Of a stretch of DNA of 39,559 bases, positions 11,070 to 23,501 are shown piece after piece. This DNA comes from Macrostomum lignano (taxonomy: Eukaryota), in the NCBI GenBank assembly GCA_002269645.1, contig NIVC01000033.1:1055067-1094625 (forward strand), written 5' to 3'. A program made the translations under genes and the position numbers. Position 1 is the stretch's first letter; each line of letters begins with the position of its first letter. The notes below the pieces were generated by a model. It was not told the origin of the DNA, searched no databases, and saw only the letters and a list, made by a program, of their open reading frames with translations.

Positions 11070-11232
11070 TTCAGCGCCTTCTTCAGCGCCGTTCTTAGCG
11101 TTTTAATTCATTCAGCGCATTTCTTAGCACATTCATTCCTTTAGCGCATTTCTTAGCACTTTCATTCCTTCAGCGCCTTTCTTAGCGCCTTCATTCCTTC
11201 AGCGCCTTTCTTAGCGCCTTCATTCCTTCAGA
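11070..11232 (+). repeat. Degenerate T-rich repeat (ttcagcgcctttcttagcgccttcattcc-like) adjoining the 12-bp array
   Basis: Repeated tcagcgcc/ttagcgc cores resembling the tcagcgac core of the 12-bp unit. Confidence 0.7.
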
Positions 11233-13577
11233 GTGACTTGCTAATCATTGCTGGCAAATCTCGGTGAGCAGTTCGCCTCCAGGCGATTCTCGCGCTCCCG
11301 TCAGTCAACCTGAAAAAGACTAAAAGTCAATAATTAGAATCCACGTCGCGTGTGAGCTGTGAGGCGCTGAACAGAGACATTTGAGTTGACTGCCCTGTAA
11401 AGTGTGCCGGCTGAGTGAGGCTTGGTCAAAAGTGAGAAAAAACCGAAGTTACTCAGAGCTCGTGAGTGGGTGTGCATAATCGATCCGATTCCCAGCGAGT
11501 CCAAATGCCAATGCACTGCTCTTGGCTGAGCCAAGTGTCAAAATGAATTTGCTTGAAGGATGCTGAGAATGGTACAGAAAAAACCCGTGTGCGCCGGAGC
11601 TGCTAAAGGCAAGGCGGAGTCAACTCGCGCAATGCGGCAGGTGAGCAGAGGCAATTTTTTAGACAGGTTGTTGCATTTTTCATCCGGCCGATAAGACGGA
11701 AGAGGCCGGCAGGATTGGCAGCTCCTCGGAGCCTCCAATGTCGCCCCCCTGGACTTGATGGCACTGGAGACTCGAGGGAGGGAGAGGAAGATGTGGGAGG
11801 TCTCTCAGCAGCAGATGAGAGGAGCGGATCAAGGGGGTGGGGGATGATGATGGAAGGAAGCAGAGAGAACCTTGGCAAGAGGCTTAGCGCAGGAAGAAAA
11901 AATCGGGGAAAGAATCCTTGCAGCTCTCTGGCCGAAGCAGAAGCAGAGGGAGCAGGAGCTTTCATGGAACTGATAAGTGGAGACAGGCAGCTGCAGTCGG
12001 GAGCTGGCCGAGGTGGAGAGAGGGCGGAGACGAGAGAAAAGAGAGAAGATGAGGCCGGATTCGGGCACAGCTTGCTCGTGCCTGAGTGCGGCGAGTGCCA
12101 CGGTTCGCTTCGCCCGGCCCGAGCTGGATGGACTGAAGGAGGAGGCCGCAGCAAAGCAGGAGCAGAAGAAAGAGACCCGCTCCATCCACTCCGGGCAGGA
12201 TTGGCCTGGCTCTTAGAGACCCTAATGGAGGATTCATTCCGAGACACGGGGTCTGCTCTGCCGTTGCCTCATTCCTAAGAGCTTCACCCGCGTTCTCCAC
12301 TTCCTTCTAGTCTTCTAGTTCTGCTAAAGCTCCAACTAACCATAAAGGAAGGTCGTTGAAAACAGCAAAGGCCTTGGGCTGAAGGGTTACGAAGCAGACC
12401 CCGGGTGTGTGTGGTGAGCTGTGCGCATGGTGAGTATTGAGCCCCTGGCGGAGGTCTTGCTTTGTGTGGAATGGATCGGTCTGGGGTGAGTGAGAAGGAA
12501 GGAGGATGGGGTGGTCTTTCGGGCGGCCCCTGCCCAACCCACCCCACGGGCCAAACGCGTGACTGAGTAAGAGATGTACAGGGCCATCCCTCCCATTCCA
12601 CAGCGTTCCCTTTCCACCTCTGCTGTGGGTGGGGGGAGGAAAGGGTGGCTCTGAGTCGTGTGGCTGAGCAAGCAAGCGCAATGGAACCTTCACAGGGGCC
12701 TTCACTCCCCTTGCTCCAGTGAGCTCCTTCCTTCCCCGGGGTTCCACCAACCCCCATCGTATTCGTCAGTGAAGGAAGGCCAAACGACAGGAGAGGATGA
12801 GAACCGCGAAGCTCCTTCTCCTCTACCCCTGGCGCAAACGATTGAAGAGCAAAAACTCGCCAACAGCAATGGGCCTCCATGCAAAGACTCCAACGAGCTG
12901 AAGGCCTGAAGCCAGGCAGCAATTCTCCGACTCCACAAGACCCTTTTGCTGCTCAGAGTTTAAGCAAACTTCATTTAACGTTTCTTCGAGCTCAACCACT
13001 CTGCGTCAATTCTCCTGGCTCGGCGCCTGCCTGCAGTAAGTCTGTCTTGATTTTAGCTTCCTGGAATTTTATTTCTGATCTCTGTGCAGTTCCCCGGGCA
13101 AATACTCGTGTAAGGTTACAGGAGCGGCGGGCCAACCCCTTGGATAGTGGAACAAGCTCGACACACACCAACAGTTCCTTCGCCGCATTCCCCGCCCCAA
13201 GCCGCACCCACGGGCTTCTCTCTCATTCCCCAGCCAGCCAGCCGACTCCCGCTTTGCTGGTGAGCTCAGGCAGCTGACAAAAATCAATAAAAAAACGAGG
13301 AAGGTAAAGGGAGGACGCGGCGAAAAAGGGGCCGGATCATGCCAACTGCCGCTCTATTTTTCTTCCTCTTTCCCCCTTTTCTCAACAGTGGGCTGATTGA
13401 CTCTTAGATCGGTTGGAGCACATCATGGAGTAGGAGCAGCGGGGGTACGGACTATGGATCTCGTGTCCTGAGTTGGTGACTGCAAAGCTCCCAAATCCCA
13501 GTCCAATCCTTTATAAGCTTGGCGTACACCCGGCCCTGCCCAAACTTCGTGTTTACCTACAGCCAGCCAGCTCAGCC

Positions 13578-16500
13578 ATGAACTCAGGAGGCGGCGGGAG
13601 CCCGTTCTACCACTGCCAGCTGTGCACCAAAGCCTACTCCTCGGAGAAGAGCCTCAACAAGCACATGCGCAAGAAGCACGGCATCGGCAGGGAGCAGCAG
13701 ATCCATCGATCTCCAAGCGCGAAGCCGAGCAAAGCTTCTACTGAAGAGACGGTGCAGTCGCCGAGTAAAATCCAGGTGAGCCGTCCGCCAAAGGCCGCAC
13801 CCAAGCAGTCTCAAGCTGATGAAGATATGGCGATCGTCTGTCCAGAGTGCGGCGGCACAATTAAAAGCAAAAAGGGCGTTGCTAAGCACTACATGTGCTT
13901 TCACAACATTGTATATTCGGCCTGGAAGGACGGCTGGTTCGGCCGCAGCGTCCGCCTGATGGACCTGACTCAGGCGATGATTGGCAGGTTTTACGCCAGC
14001 GGCGGCGGCGCCCTTCGCGAGTCTCTGGCGAAGTGCCCGGATGCGGAGCCTGGATCTGTACCGGTAGAGATGGAGGACGAAGAGCGAAGCCAGAGGCCTG
14101 AGTCAGATGAAGACAAAGAAACTGATGAAGCCGTTGAAGCAGACGCTGTCCAACTGGTGGTAGACGAAGGCCACTCTGCTGAAGAAGATGATGAAGAAGA
14201 AGGCCCCCTGGTATTGGATGGAGCTGATGAGGACCAGCAGCAAACTTCTGGCCTGTCGCTGGACAGCAGATCGGTGAAGCCTGCAGCCGCCGTACCCGAA
14301 GCTGCTCCCATAGTATCAATATCTCGCCGACGTCGTTCAAAGCTGAAGACTCGCTTGGCTGTAACTTCGCCATTTTTCCATGGCAAGGATGGCAAACTGG
14401 AGTTCAATACAAATGAAGACCCGCTTGACATCAACTGCCCATTCTGCATCGTGCACAAGACCACTATCAAGGGCCTGGCCAAGCACTGTGTAAATCATCA
14501 CCCGGAGGAATATTCCAACTGGAAGGATGGCAGCTTTGGCAATGTTCAACTGCGCTACATTCGGCCAAGCGAGCAGCAACTCAGCGATTCAATCAGCTGT
14601 TTCAATTCTACGCAAGTAAAGCGAAATGCAAAGAAACAGAACCAGATTTCCGAGACAAAAACGCAACAGAAGCAATTAGAGAAGCCAAAGCAACTGGATA
14701 GTCAACAAAGGGCGGAAACTCTGCCTTTTTCACCTGGATTGAATCTCATAAATCTTGTTCCGTGTTCAGTTTGTCACAAGATGGTGCGGCGGCAGTGTCT
14801 GGCCGGGCACTGTGCCACGCAGCACCCAGAGCAGTCGGATGTTCCGCCAGCTGGTCCAGCCATCAGCGTTAGCAAAGTAGAATCCTCGCCCAGCAGCAGA
14901 AGAAAATCTGAGCTGATGAGCGCCTTCGACGACGACAAGCAGGCCAATCCGTGCCCATTCTGCGGCGAGCTGATCTTCTCCAAGGGCATGGGTAAGCACT
15001 GCATCTACTTCCACAACGACCAGTACCAGGAATGGAAGGCTGGAAAGTTTGGCAGCGTGCCGCTCAGATTTGTCCCGAGCCAGATAGCCGGCACCGCTGA
15101 CAGCGACTGGGCGGTAGACACTTCAGGCAGAGCATCTAAGAAGCGAGACTCGACAATGAATACTGGCATGAGCATTGTCTTCCCTACTAGCGAACAGGCT
15201 CCAGACTCCTGGATCACGGAGGCTCCGTCGACTAAGACTCACAGTGGACGCAGCGTGACCCTTCAGATTAAACCCAGCTCAGCAGATCAAGGTGCTTCAA
15301 TTCAGCAGACTCTTGAGCGCAAAAGCAGCTCCTCCCCATCCTTTGTGCTGGGCATAAAAGAAGGGATTAATTCCCAAGGTCATGAGGATGATGATGAGAA
15401 CGGCGCCTTGCTCATCGACTGCGATGACGAAAGCGCCGACGAAGGCGACATTTGCGACGAAGATGCCGCCTTCACTTGTCACTACTGCGATGCCACTTTC
15501 GACACGTCAGACGAACTGAAGCTGCACTTTTCACAGAAGCACATCGAGGAAGGGGCGAAGGCAACCTTCGGCGACCAACAAGACAGTAAGCAAGCAACCA
15601 GCAAGAAGTTAATTAGCAGTCGCTGCCATTCATCTGGTCGCTTCATCTGCGATATTTGTCACACGCCCTACCCGTCCAAGAGAAGTCTGAGTCAGCATTA
15701 CCGTATTCACAAGTTCGACCGACTGTCTTCGAGCTCATCCGCCCTCGGTGGTGCAACTGGAAGCAGCAGTACTGAACAGCGCTCAGCTGACATCGACTCT
15801 AGGAGCATGGAACCTGGAGAGTTGGCTTCATCTTTAGCGCGTCGCACATCTGAAGCTCACAGACCAACTGCGAATTTGGACTCAAAGTCGATTCAGAATG
15901 ACCCATCAAACGGTGATGGTCGCCTTCGAATGTCATTCAATGCTGACGTTTTAGATGTTGCGGCTCTGTTCACAGCGGAATCAAAAGTAACTTCTTCAAC
16001 AGCTGATTGCCCGAAATGCTGCAAAACATTCAGCGACAAATGGCTTCTGCTGGATCATATGACTCGCTGCTTTGCTGAGCCATTGTCCCGAGGAAAGCTC
16101 GACGCGAAAGATTTGGCTGCCCTGGCTGGCGTCGAGGATGACGCTGACACCAAAAGTTCAAGTCCACCAATCGAAAAAAGCCATTTTGACTACGAATCGC
16201 AGAAGATGCTCAACGAGAACAAAGAAGAGGTCTACAAATGTCGATTCTGCGATAGAACCTTCAAAACTTCGTCACACATTCGCAACCACGAGAAATTCTG
16301 CAGCAACGACAGCACGACTCGCGTTGTCTACGCCTGCGAGGTGTGCAAAAAGCAGTTCTACATGAAGTGCCACCTGGCAGTCCACATGAAAGTCCACAAG
16401 ATGTCGCTCGAAAACGACCCAGAGTCTGGCGCTATCAGCGGCAAAGCTGATGAAAAGTCAACACAGCCTGAAAAGTTTGAGTGCAAGCAGTGCGAAAAAT

Positions 16501-17738
16501 CGTTCAGTTCCAGCGCCAACCTGCTCAAGCACAAGGTAGTGCACACCAACTCCTCGGTCAGATGCAAGACGTGCAACCGCGAGTTCAAGATGGCGTGCCA
16601 CTTGGCTAGGCATTTCTGCAGTGCGCTGCTGCCGGGAAGTCAACAGCCGGCTGTCGAGCACTCCGAAACTGAAGAGATGAACAACGAGGGCAACTACGAA
16701 TGCGACCTGTGCCACCGGACATTCCAGTACGCCGGCAATCTGACGGTGCACAAGCGCTTCTGCCAGCAGCACGGCACGGACAGTTCGGCCGCCCCGGTCG
16801 CCATTCTATTGGACGCCGAGGATGAAGGATTCGAGTGCGGCATGTGCAACGAGACCTTTAGGGACAAGCTGGCGCTGGAAGTTCACGCCTCAACCTGCCG
16901 GCTCACAGACTGCAAGCCAGCCGCGGTCGTGTCGGCGGTGACCTTCGCCGACGGCTACGCGAGAGCCAGCCAGTTCGAGTGCCGTCGTTGTCCTGCGAAA
17001 TTCTTCAGCCGAAGCGAACTGCTTGACCACATGCGACAGCACGGCTACACGGCAGGCGATGCCACCGAGTCAAAGAAGCCGGCGCCTCAGCAACCGCCGC
17101 CAGCAAAGAAATCGCGGCTGCATCACAGCTCGAATGCGGAGAGTCCGCTGCGATTTCAGTGCGACCTGTGCTCATCGCAGTTCTCATCTTCGCTAGGCCT
17201 AGTGGTGCACAAGTCCAAGTGCCACCCGGATGTTTACGGACCGGGTCATCGGCAGAGGGAGCTGCAGCAGAAGAGGAAGAGCAAGAACCGGTTAATCGCT
17301 CAGATTCTGCAGATGCCGGACCAACGGAAGTCTGTTGCTGCTGGTGCTGCCACTCAGGCTCAGGCAAAGTTCGACCCCAGGGTGGCTTCGTCGGCCGCGG
17401 CACAGCTGGTGATCACGAAGTCCGGATCGTCAAAGTCTAAGCCGCAGGCACCGGTCCTGCCGCCTCCGGGTCCTCCCCTGTTGTCGTTGCCGAACCGGTG
17501 CCAGCACTGTCCCAGGGCTTTCCTGACGCTGTCAAAGCTGAACGAGCACCTGGCCAACGTACACAGCAAGGCTCCGGTTGGCAAGCCGGCTGGCGTAGCC
17601 GAGATGAGCTCGAAGGTCGACAATGACAGCGCTTCTCCGCCAGGAGGCTTGGTGCTGGACATCAATAGCGACGCTGATGATAACAACTCCGAGGGGACAG
17701 CCAATCGCCCTGACAACGACGCAGTGCTGGAGGATGCC
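13578..17738 (+). CDS. Multi-zinc-finger protein, main coding exon (17 C2H2/C2HC fingers)
   Basis: ATG at 13578 follows the acceptor cctacag (~13562). Seventeen CxxC...H...H/C motifs, e.g. CQLCTKAYSSEKSLNKHMRKKH and CEVCKKQFYMKCHLAVHMKVH. Donor GCC|gtaagt at 17739 (phase 0); the ORF tail beyond it is intron read-through. Confidence 0.93.
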
Positions 17739-17882
17739 GTAAGTGTTCTCGAATGTGTTTGTTTTAATTCATTTCTTTTGTTCAACTTTAAACAGTGTAT
17801 ACTACTAGCACCTAGAATGAGCAGTAGCAATGAAAAAATGATTGAAATTCGAAATACTTAGAATTTTTCTTTAAATCTTCAG

Positions 17883-17984
17883 TTCTCGGCCGCAGATGCC
17901 TATCTGTGCACTGAGTGCGAGAAATCGTTTCCGTCTTTGGACCTGCTCGGACGTCACCTGAGTTCTGCTCATGAAATTCAAGAG
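17883..17984 (+). CDS. Zinc-finger protein exon 2 (18th finger)
   Basis: Acceptor tcttcag at 17881-17882, phase 0. Reads FSAADAYLCTECEKSFPSLDLLGRHLSSAHEIQE, then donor gtaaat at 17985. Confidence 0.8.
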
Positions 17985-18009
17985 GTAAATAGTTTGATGC
18001 TTTGAACTG

Positions 18010-18278
<269 letters not shown>

Positions 18279-18552
18279 CGGTACCCTGCAGGTAGCTCTA
18301 TAAAAGTACTTCTGTGGCTCATTCAGCATCTTTTTCATCCTGAATATCCAACGGATATTTTGGTTAGATTGTTAGCGAATTTCATTTTAAAGTGTTCATA
18401 TGCTCGCACTCTCGTCTGTTTTCTAATGTCTGCGCAACTTGCTTTCATAGTTGTCCTTTTAACATTGCTGTCTTTGTTGTCTTTGTGCTGGTAATGCTTG
18501 ACTGTCAATGTCTTGCTTTAGTGGGCAATCGTAATTTACTTATAGCTTTCAG

Positions 18553-18711
18553 TTCGAATCGCTAATGGACGCTGAAGCAGGAGGGCGCGAATCTATCTTT
18601 CTTAGAAATATAGAATTTGTCTATGGCGAGACCTCATTCGTGGCGCTATGCGCTCTCGGGAGCATGCTGAGTGCACCTGGCGTCCTTCAGCTTCAGCTGC
18701 CATTCCAGTGA
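18553..18711 (+). CDS. Possible terminal exon of the zinc-finger gene
   Basis: Acceptor ctttcag at 18551-18552, phase 0. Reads FESLMDAEAGGRESIFLRNIEFVYGETSFVALCALGSMLSAPGVLQLQLPFQ*. Supported only by phase and an open frame. Confidence 0.35.
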   Translation, partial: FESLMDAEAGGRESIFLRNIEFVYGETSFVALCALGSMLSAPGVLQLQLPFQ

Positions 18712-19181
18712 TTCTGCTTTGCAGTTTTTTTGCCGTGTTGTCAAGCACCCAAATATCGAATTTGATTTGTGCATTCAATGACAAATCTGAGCAAATCTCT
18801 GTTTTCGTTTTCGCTGGAAATTTTCTGCGTACTTTGTAGGTTGCGCACCCCAACGAGGGACTTCAGCTGGTTATGAACAAATTAGTCAAGTTTTAAAGAA
18901 GATAATTCTGTTTTGTCATTTCCACAATCTTTTTTGCTTCATATTTGTTGCTGTTCAAATGTTTGGGTCTTGGCGAAATGTTTTAAGATTTTTTTCCGTT
19001 GTTCCAGCAATAAATTGCACTTTAAACCGAAAATCATAAAATCTAAGAGATGCACTTTTGGCTTTAAATGTTACTTAATTATTTGTACAAGTATATACTA
19101 GTTCATTTTATGGAATTAGAGTTGACATGCATGTACTTAGTTTATTGACTGATTTGGGAAATTGCATCCACAATCAGGAGA

Positions 19182-19893
<712 letters not shown>

Positions 19894-20341
19894 AATTTAT
19901 CTACCTTAGTGGACACGGACACAGTATTTGTAGGTATAGCTATGAAACAGAAGTCGCGAAGTTGCATTGGTCTACATCCAAGTCTGCCAGTTTTAATAAG
20001 ACTTTCAAAGCCGTTCAGTTGGTGGCTGACTTTGGTGCATCTGTACTTTAAGCTGTCAGTGCAAGCATATTGTGCGTGCACTAAGAATGGGTCTTTTAGG
20101 TAGGAAAATGAAGTGTATTGTTATAGCATAGTGATGGACATTTGAATAACGCAAGTATACATAAAGTCTTAAAATGTTATATAGTACTGTCTGCTCCTTA
20201 ATTTTTTTTTAGTATTGCTGTCTAAAATGAAAATGAAACGCAAAGGTTAAAAAATGTTCACTAAGATGCGGCATTGGTTGTGCTGGCTCAAATCTATGTT
20301 AAGCTTTGTCATTGCTGCTATATAAGTGCAGTCTTCAATTC

Positions 20342-22219
20342 CTACTGACTTCTTTGGACAGCTTTCTGCCAGTCGTAATTGAAAAGATCCTCCAGGCCCC
20401 AGGGCAGGCGCTCTTCGGGGTCCTTTCGCGGCTTGATCTTCGAGCGGACCTGATTGGCGGGCTGGTCCAAGATGGCTGCTGCAGTAGCCGTCGCGTTGCC
20501 AGCGCTCTGCTCGGAGGTCTGCTCCACGGGTTTCGGAGTGGACTCAGCTGTCGGCGGGGAGGCCGACTCGGATCCGGAGTTTCCAGCGCTCTGCTCGGAG
20601 GTCTGCTCTACAGGTTTCGGAGTGGACTCAGCTGTTGGCGGGGAGGCCGACTCGGATCCGGAGTTTCCAGCGCTCTGCTCGGAGGTCTGCTCTACAGGTT
20701 TCGGAGTGGACTCAGCTGTTGGCGGGGAGGCCGACTCGGATCCGAAGTTGCCAGCGCTCTGCTCGGAGGTCTGCTCCACAGGTTTTGGAGTGGACTCAGC
20801 TGTCGGCGGGGAGGCCGACTCGGATCCGGAGTTGCCAGCGCTCTGCTCGGAGGTCTGTTCTACAGGTTTCGGAGTGGACTCAGCTGTCGGTGGGGAGGCC
20901 GACTCGGATCCGGAGGCGTTGGACACTTCGGTAGTGGACTCCGTTGGTTTGGGCAGATCGTTCGGTGGCTCCTCAGTTTTTGCTTCACTAGGAGTCGGTG
21001 AGGTCTCATTTTCCGGTTTGGCTTCGTCAGAATTGGAATCAGGCGTCGGCAGTTCATTCGCTGTGGTGTTCTGAGCGACAGACTCCGACTTTTCGGGAGC
21101 CTGGTTGACTTCACTGGAGTTACTGGGCGGCTTCACTTCGACGGCTTCCCCGCCGCTAGCAACTGGAATGCCCGGAGATTCGGCCGTGACCGCGACTTTA
21201 GCGAGTGCTTTGGCCCGGGCCTCCTGGTCCGCAGCTGTTGGCGAATCCAGCGACTTGAATGCGTCGCCAGTGAGAGACGCGGCCCCCGCTTTGCAGATGA
21301 AGGCGTGCCGCTCGTTGCAGGCCGAGCCAACCAGAGTGTCTCCGGACAGCGTGACGCAGTTCTGCTGCCGCTGATCCCCGGATTCCGCGTCGCCCTGCGC
21401 ACCCGGTTGACCGTCGGACCATCTGGGAAAGCCGGAGTGCTTGCCGGAGAAGTCTGTCCATTGGTAGCAGAGCTCGCGGCCCTCCTCGTCCGGATTGCAG
21501 GGGTTAAGCTTGACGAGGCCGAGCCAGACGGGTTGAATTTCGCAGGCGTCTGTCGACAAGTCCAGCGTGTTGAGGAAATGAAGCTCCTGCTCGCTAAGCA
21601 CCGAGACCAGGTTAGTCGAGTGATTCTGACAGTAGAAGTTCGCTTCAATAAAGTTGACCTCAAAGCCGGAGAACAGGTAGCAATGACCCTGAAAGAATTT
21701 CATTCGCGACGGGCACTCTGGCTTTTCATAGTTGGTCTGTGCGACTGACGACTTGCAAATAAACGGGTTCTGCTCGTGGTAGAGGGCATTGTACCAGCTC
21801 AGCTGCTCCGCCCGGATCAGCGGCTTGTGGATGGACGGCTCGCTGGAGAACGCGTGCTTGCTGAATCCGCCAGCTGAAGCGAGGCTCTCGTCGGTCCAGG
21901 CGTAGCCGGCCGAGTCGGCCAGGCGGCCCAAGTCTTTCGCGTAGCGGCCAATCCAGACGCTCTTGCAGAGCGACAGCTTGCCGACTAGGCGGTTCTCCTG
22001 ATCGTCGGCAATGGACACCAGATGGCCGCCCTTCTCTTTGCAAGTCATCTCGCCGTCGTACCAGAATGACGACTGGTTGTAGTAAGCATAGCAGGAGTCT
22101 TTATAGAGCAGCCAGTCCCAGTCGCAGCTGCTCGTGGAGACCACAGGCGCGAGTAGTAGCAGTAGAAGGAGCACGGCCGCTGCAGCCAAGAGTCCGGATG
22201 TTAATGGAATGTTTTGCAT
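20342..22219 (-). CDS. Secreted protein with two C-type lectin-like domains and a mucin/proteoglycan-like repeat tail (625 aa, single exon)
   Basis: Hydrophobic signal peptide. CTLD1: CYAY..W...C..KGGHLVSI..VWIG..FICK. CTLD2: CYLF..C..NLVSV..VWLG..C..C..FICK. Five 28-aa repeats follow; no transmembrane segment before the stop. Confidence 0.92.
   Translation of the reverse strand: MQNIPLTSGLLAAAAVLLLLLLLAPVVSTSSCDWDWLLYKDSCYAYYNQSSFWYDGEMTCKEKGGHLVSIADDQENRLVGKLSLCKSVWIGRYAKDLGRLADSAGYAWTDESLASAGGFSKHAFSSEPSIHKPLIRAEQLSWYNALYHEQNPFICKSSVAQTNYEKPECPSRMKFFQGHCYLFSGFEVNFIEANFYCQNHSTNLVSVLSEQELHFLNTLDLSTDACEIQPVWLGLVKLNPCNPDEEGRELCYQWTDFSGKHSGFPRWSDGQPGAQGDAESGDQRQQNCVTLSGDTLVGSACNERHAFICKAGAASLTGDAFKSLDSPTAADQEARAKALAKVAVTAESPGIPVASGGEAVEVKPPSNSSEVNQAPEKSESVAQNTTANELPTPDSNSDEAKPENETSPTPSEAKTEEPPNDLPKPTESTTEVSNASGSESASPPTAESTPKPVEQTSEQSAGNSGSESASPPTAESTPKPVEQTSEQSAGNFGSESASPPTAESTPKPVEQTSEQSAGNSGSESASPPTAESTPKPVEQTSEQSAGNSGSESASPPTAESTPKPVEQTSEQSAGNATATAAAILDQPANQVRSKIKPRKDPEERLPWGLEDLFNYDWQKAVQRSQ
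20495..20914 (-). repeat. Coding 84-bp tandem repeat, 5 copies (SGSESASPPTAESTPKPVEQTSEQSAGN)
   Basis: ggccgactcg recurs at 20561 and 20645 (84-bp period); the frame is preserved throughout. Confidence 0.95.
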
Positions 22220-23184
22220 GGTTTATTAACTATGCCGAATTTCAACTATGTTAGCAACTCGTCCTCGACAGCAAACTGAAATCTGCCGTTCTCAAATGCA
22301 CCGTGCGATGGAAAGGTCCATCAGTGCGGTTGGCTGCCATAGACAAAAGTTTGATTAGCCATCTCACAATTTTTTACAGTACAGCAGCAGCCACAATTTT
22401 TAGCCTGATATTTTGATGTTATCTGTAAAAGTGCACTCGACAGCGTGTTATTTTATTTGTTCTTTTGCAAATTTGGCCGCCATACCACGGATACTAGAAT
22501 AACTAGGCCACTCAGCGCATTTGCGTGTGAGCTACTTTCAGTTCAGTAGTAAGTTAAATAGAAGCATTTTAATGTAATTTTAAAGCCAAAGGCTCATTTT
22601 ATTAACTCGTACCCCCAGCTGAAACCTTTTCCCTACTATCTCCCCGCCCCGCCCCAATTTTTATTGCCTTTCTCGGAATTCCACCCTAAAGCTGCCATGT
22701 ACACTTCAGTAGACTGGCTAATGTACATTATTGCTGAACCAATTAGCAAGTTGTTTACGCCTACAAGCTTGGGCTTCTAAAATCAATGTAATTACAACAG
22801 CTTTTTCCATAAAATAGCTTATGTATTCTTCTTTGCTACTGAACTGCTGTAGAAAGCTGTTTTACTAAGTACATGTGACTGAGTGGCCCATTTATTTACT
22901 TTAGTATCTGTGGTTCTGAGTTGCGGTAGAACTATAGAGAGAAAGTTGCAATCGCCACTGTGCTGGAACTGTACAAGCTGCTCATTACTGGGACTGTGCT
23001 GCTAACTACATACTGGCTAACATTGCAACGCATCAGGGCGTTTTTAAAAATTATTTTTCACCTGATATTAAACAATTCTTCTCTGCCGATTGCTGTTCTC
23101 TGCGAAAACGTTAGCTGTGCATGGAATATAGGCAGGAAATTTGCATCAAATAAATTTGATGCTTACGAAATCTTTTATTTTACG

Positions 23185-23466
23185 TAATAATAATAATTTA
23201 TTACACCCGCCCTAATAGGCAGCTCAGCCGCAGCTATTGCGCGGCGCATCTGAAGGCTGCGTACGGCTGTTCAGTCCAAGGACTGGGGGGTCGCCACACA
23301 CACCCTCAATTACCCCAGCTAATGCTGGCACCCATTTTTCAGCTGAGTGAACTAAAACAATGCAGAGTTAAGTGTCTTCTTAAGGACACAAATTGTTCCG
23401 AGTGTGTCTAGAATCGAACCCCCGACCTTTCAGTCGTGAGTCCGACGCTCTGATCACTAGGCTACA
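23185..23466 (-). mobile_element. tRNA-derived SINE, copy 2
   Basis: TGTAGCCTAGTGATCAGAGCGTCGGACTCACGA...GGTTCGATTC head, gtgtccttaagaagacacttaactct central block and (TTA)n tail. Lies 36 bp past the orphan gene stop, on the same strand. Confidence 0.88.
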
Positions 23467-23501
23467 ATTCTGGCTATTCAATTAACACAGTTAAGTAGTT
23501 A

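Noticed and set aside
10777-11106. Mucin-like (SATP)n ORF
   Set aside because: Product of the 12-bp array, with no signal peptide or supporting exon context; not fully excluded without RNA data.
20306-21748. Plus-strand ORFs overlapping the lectin gene, and similar antisense ORFs over the zinc-finger, CLK and DEG/ENaC genes
   Set aside because: Antisense or alternative-frame shadows of GC-rich coding sequence, with no independent motifs.
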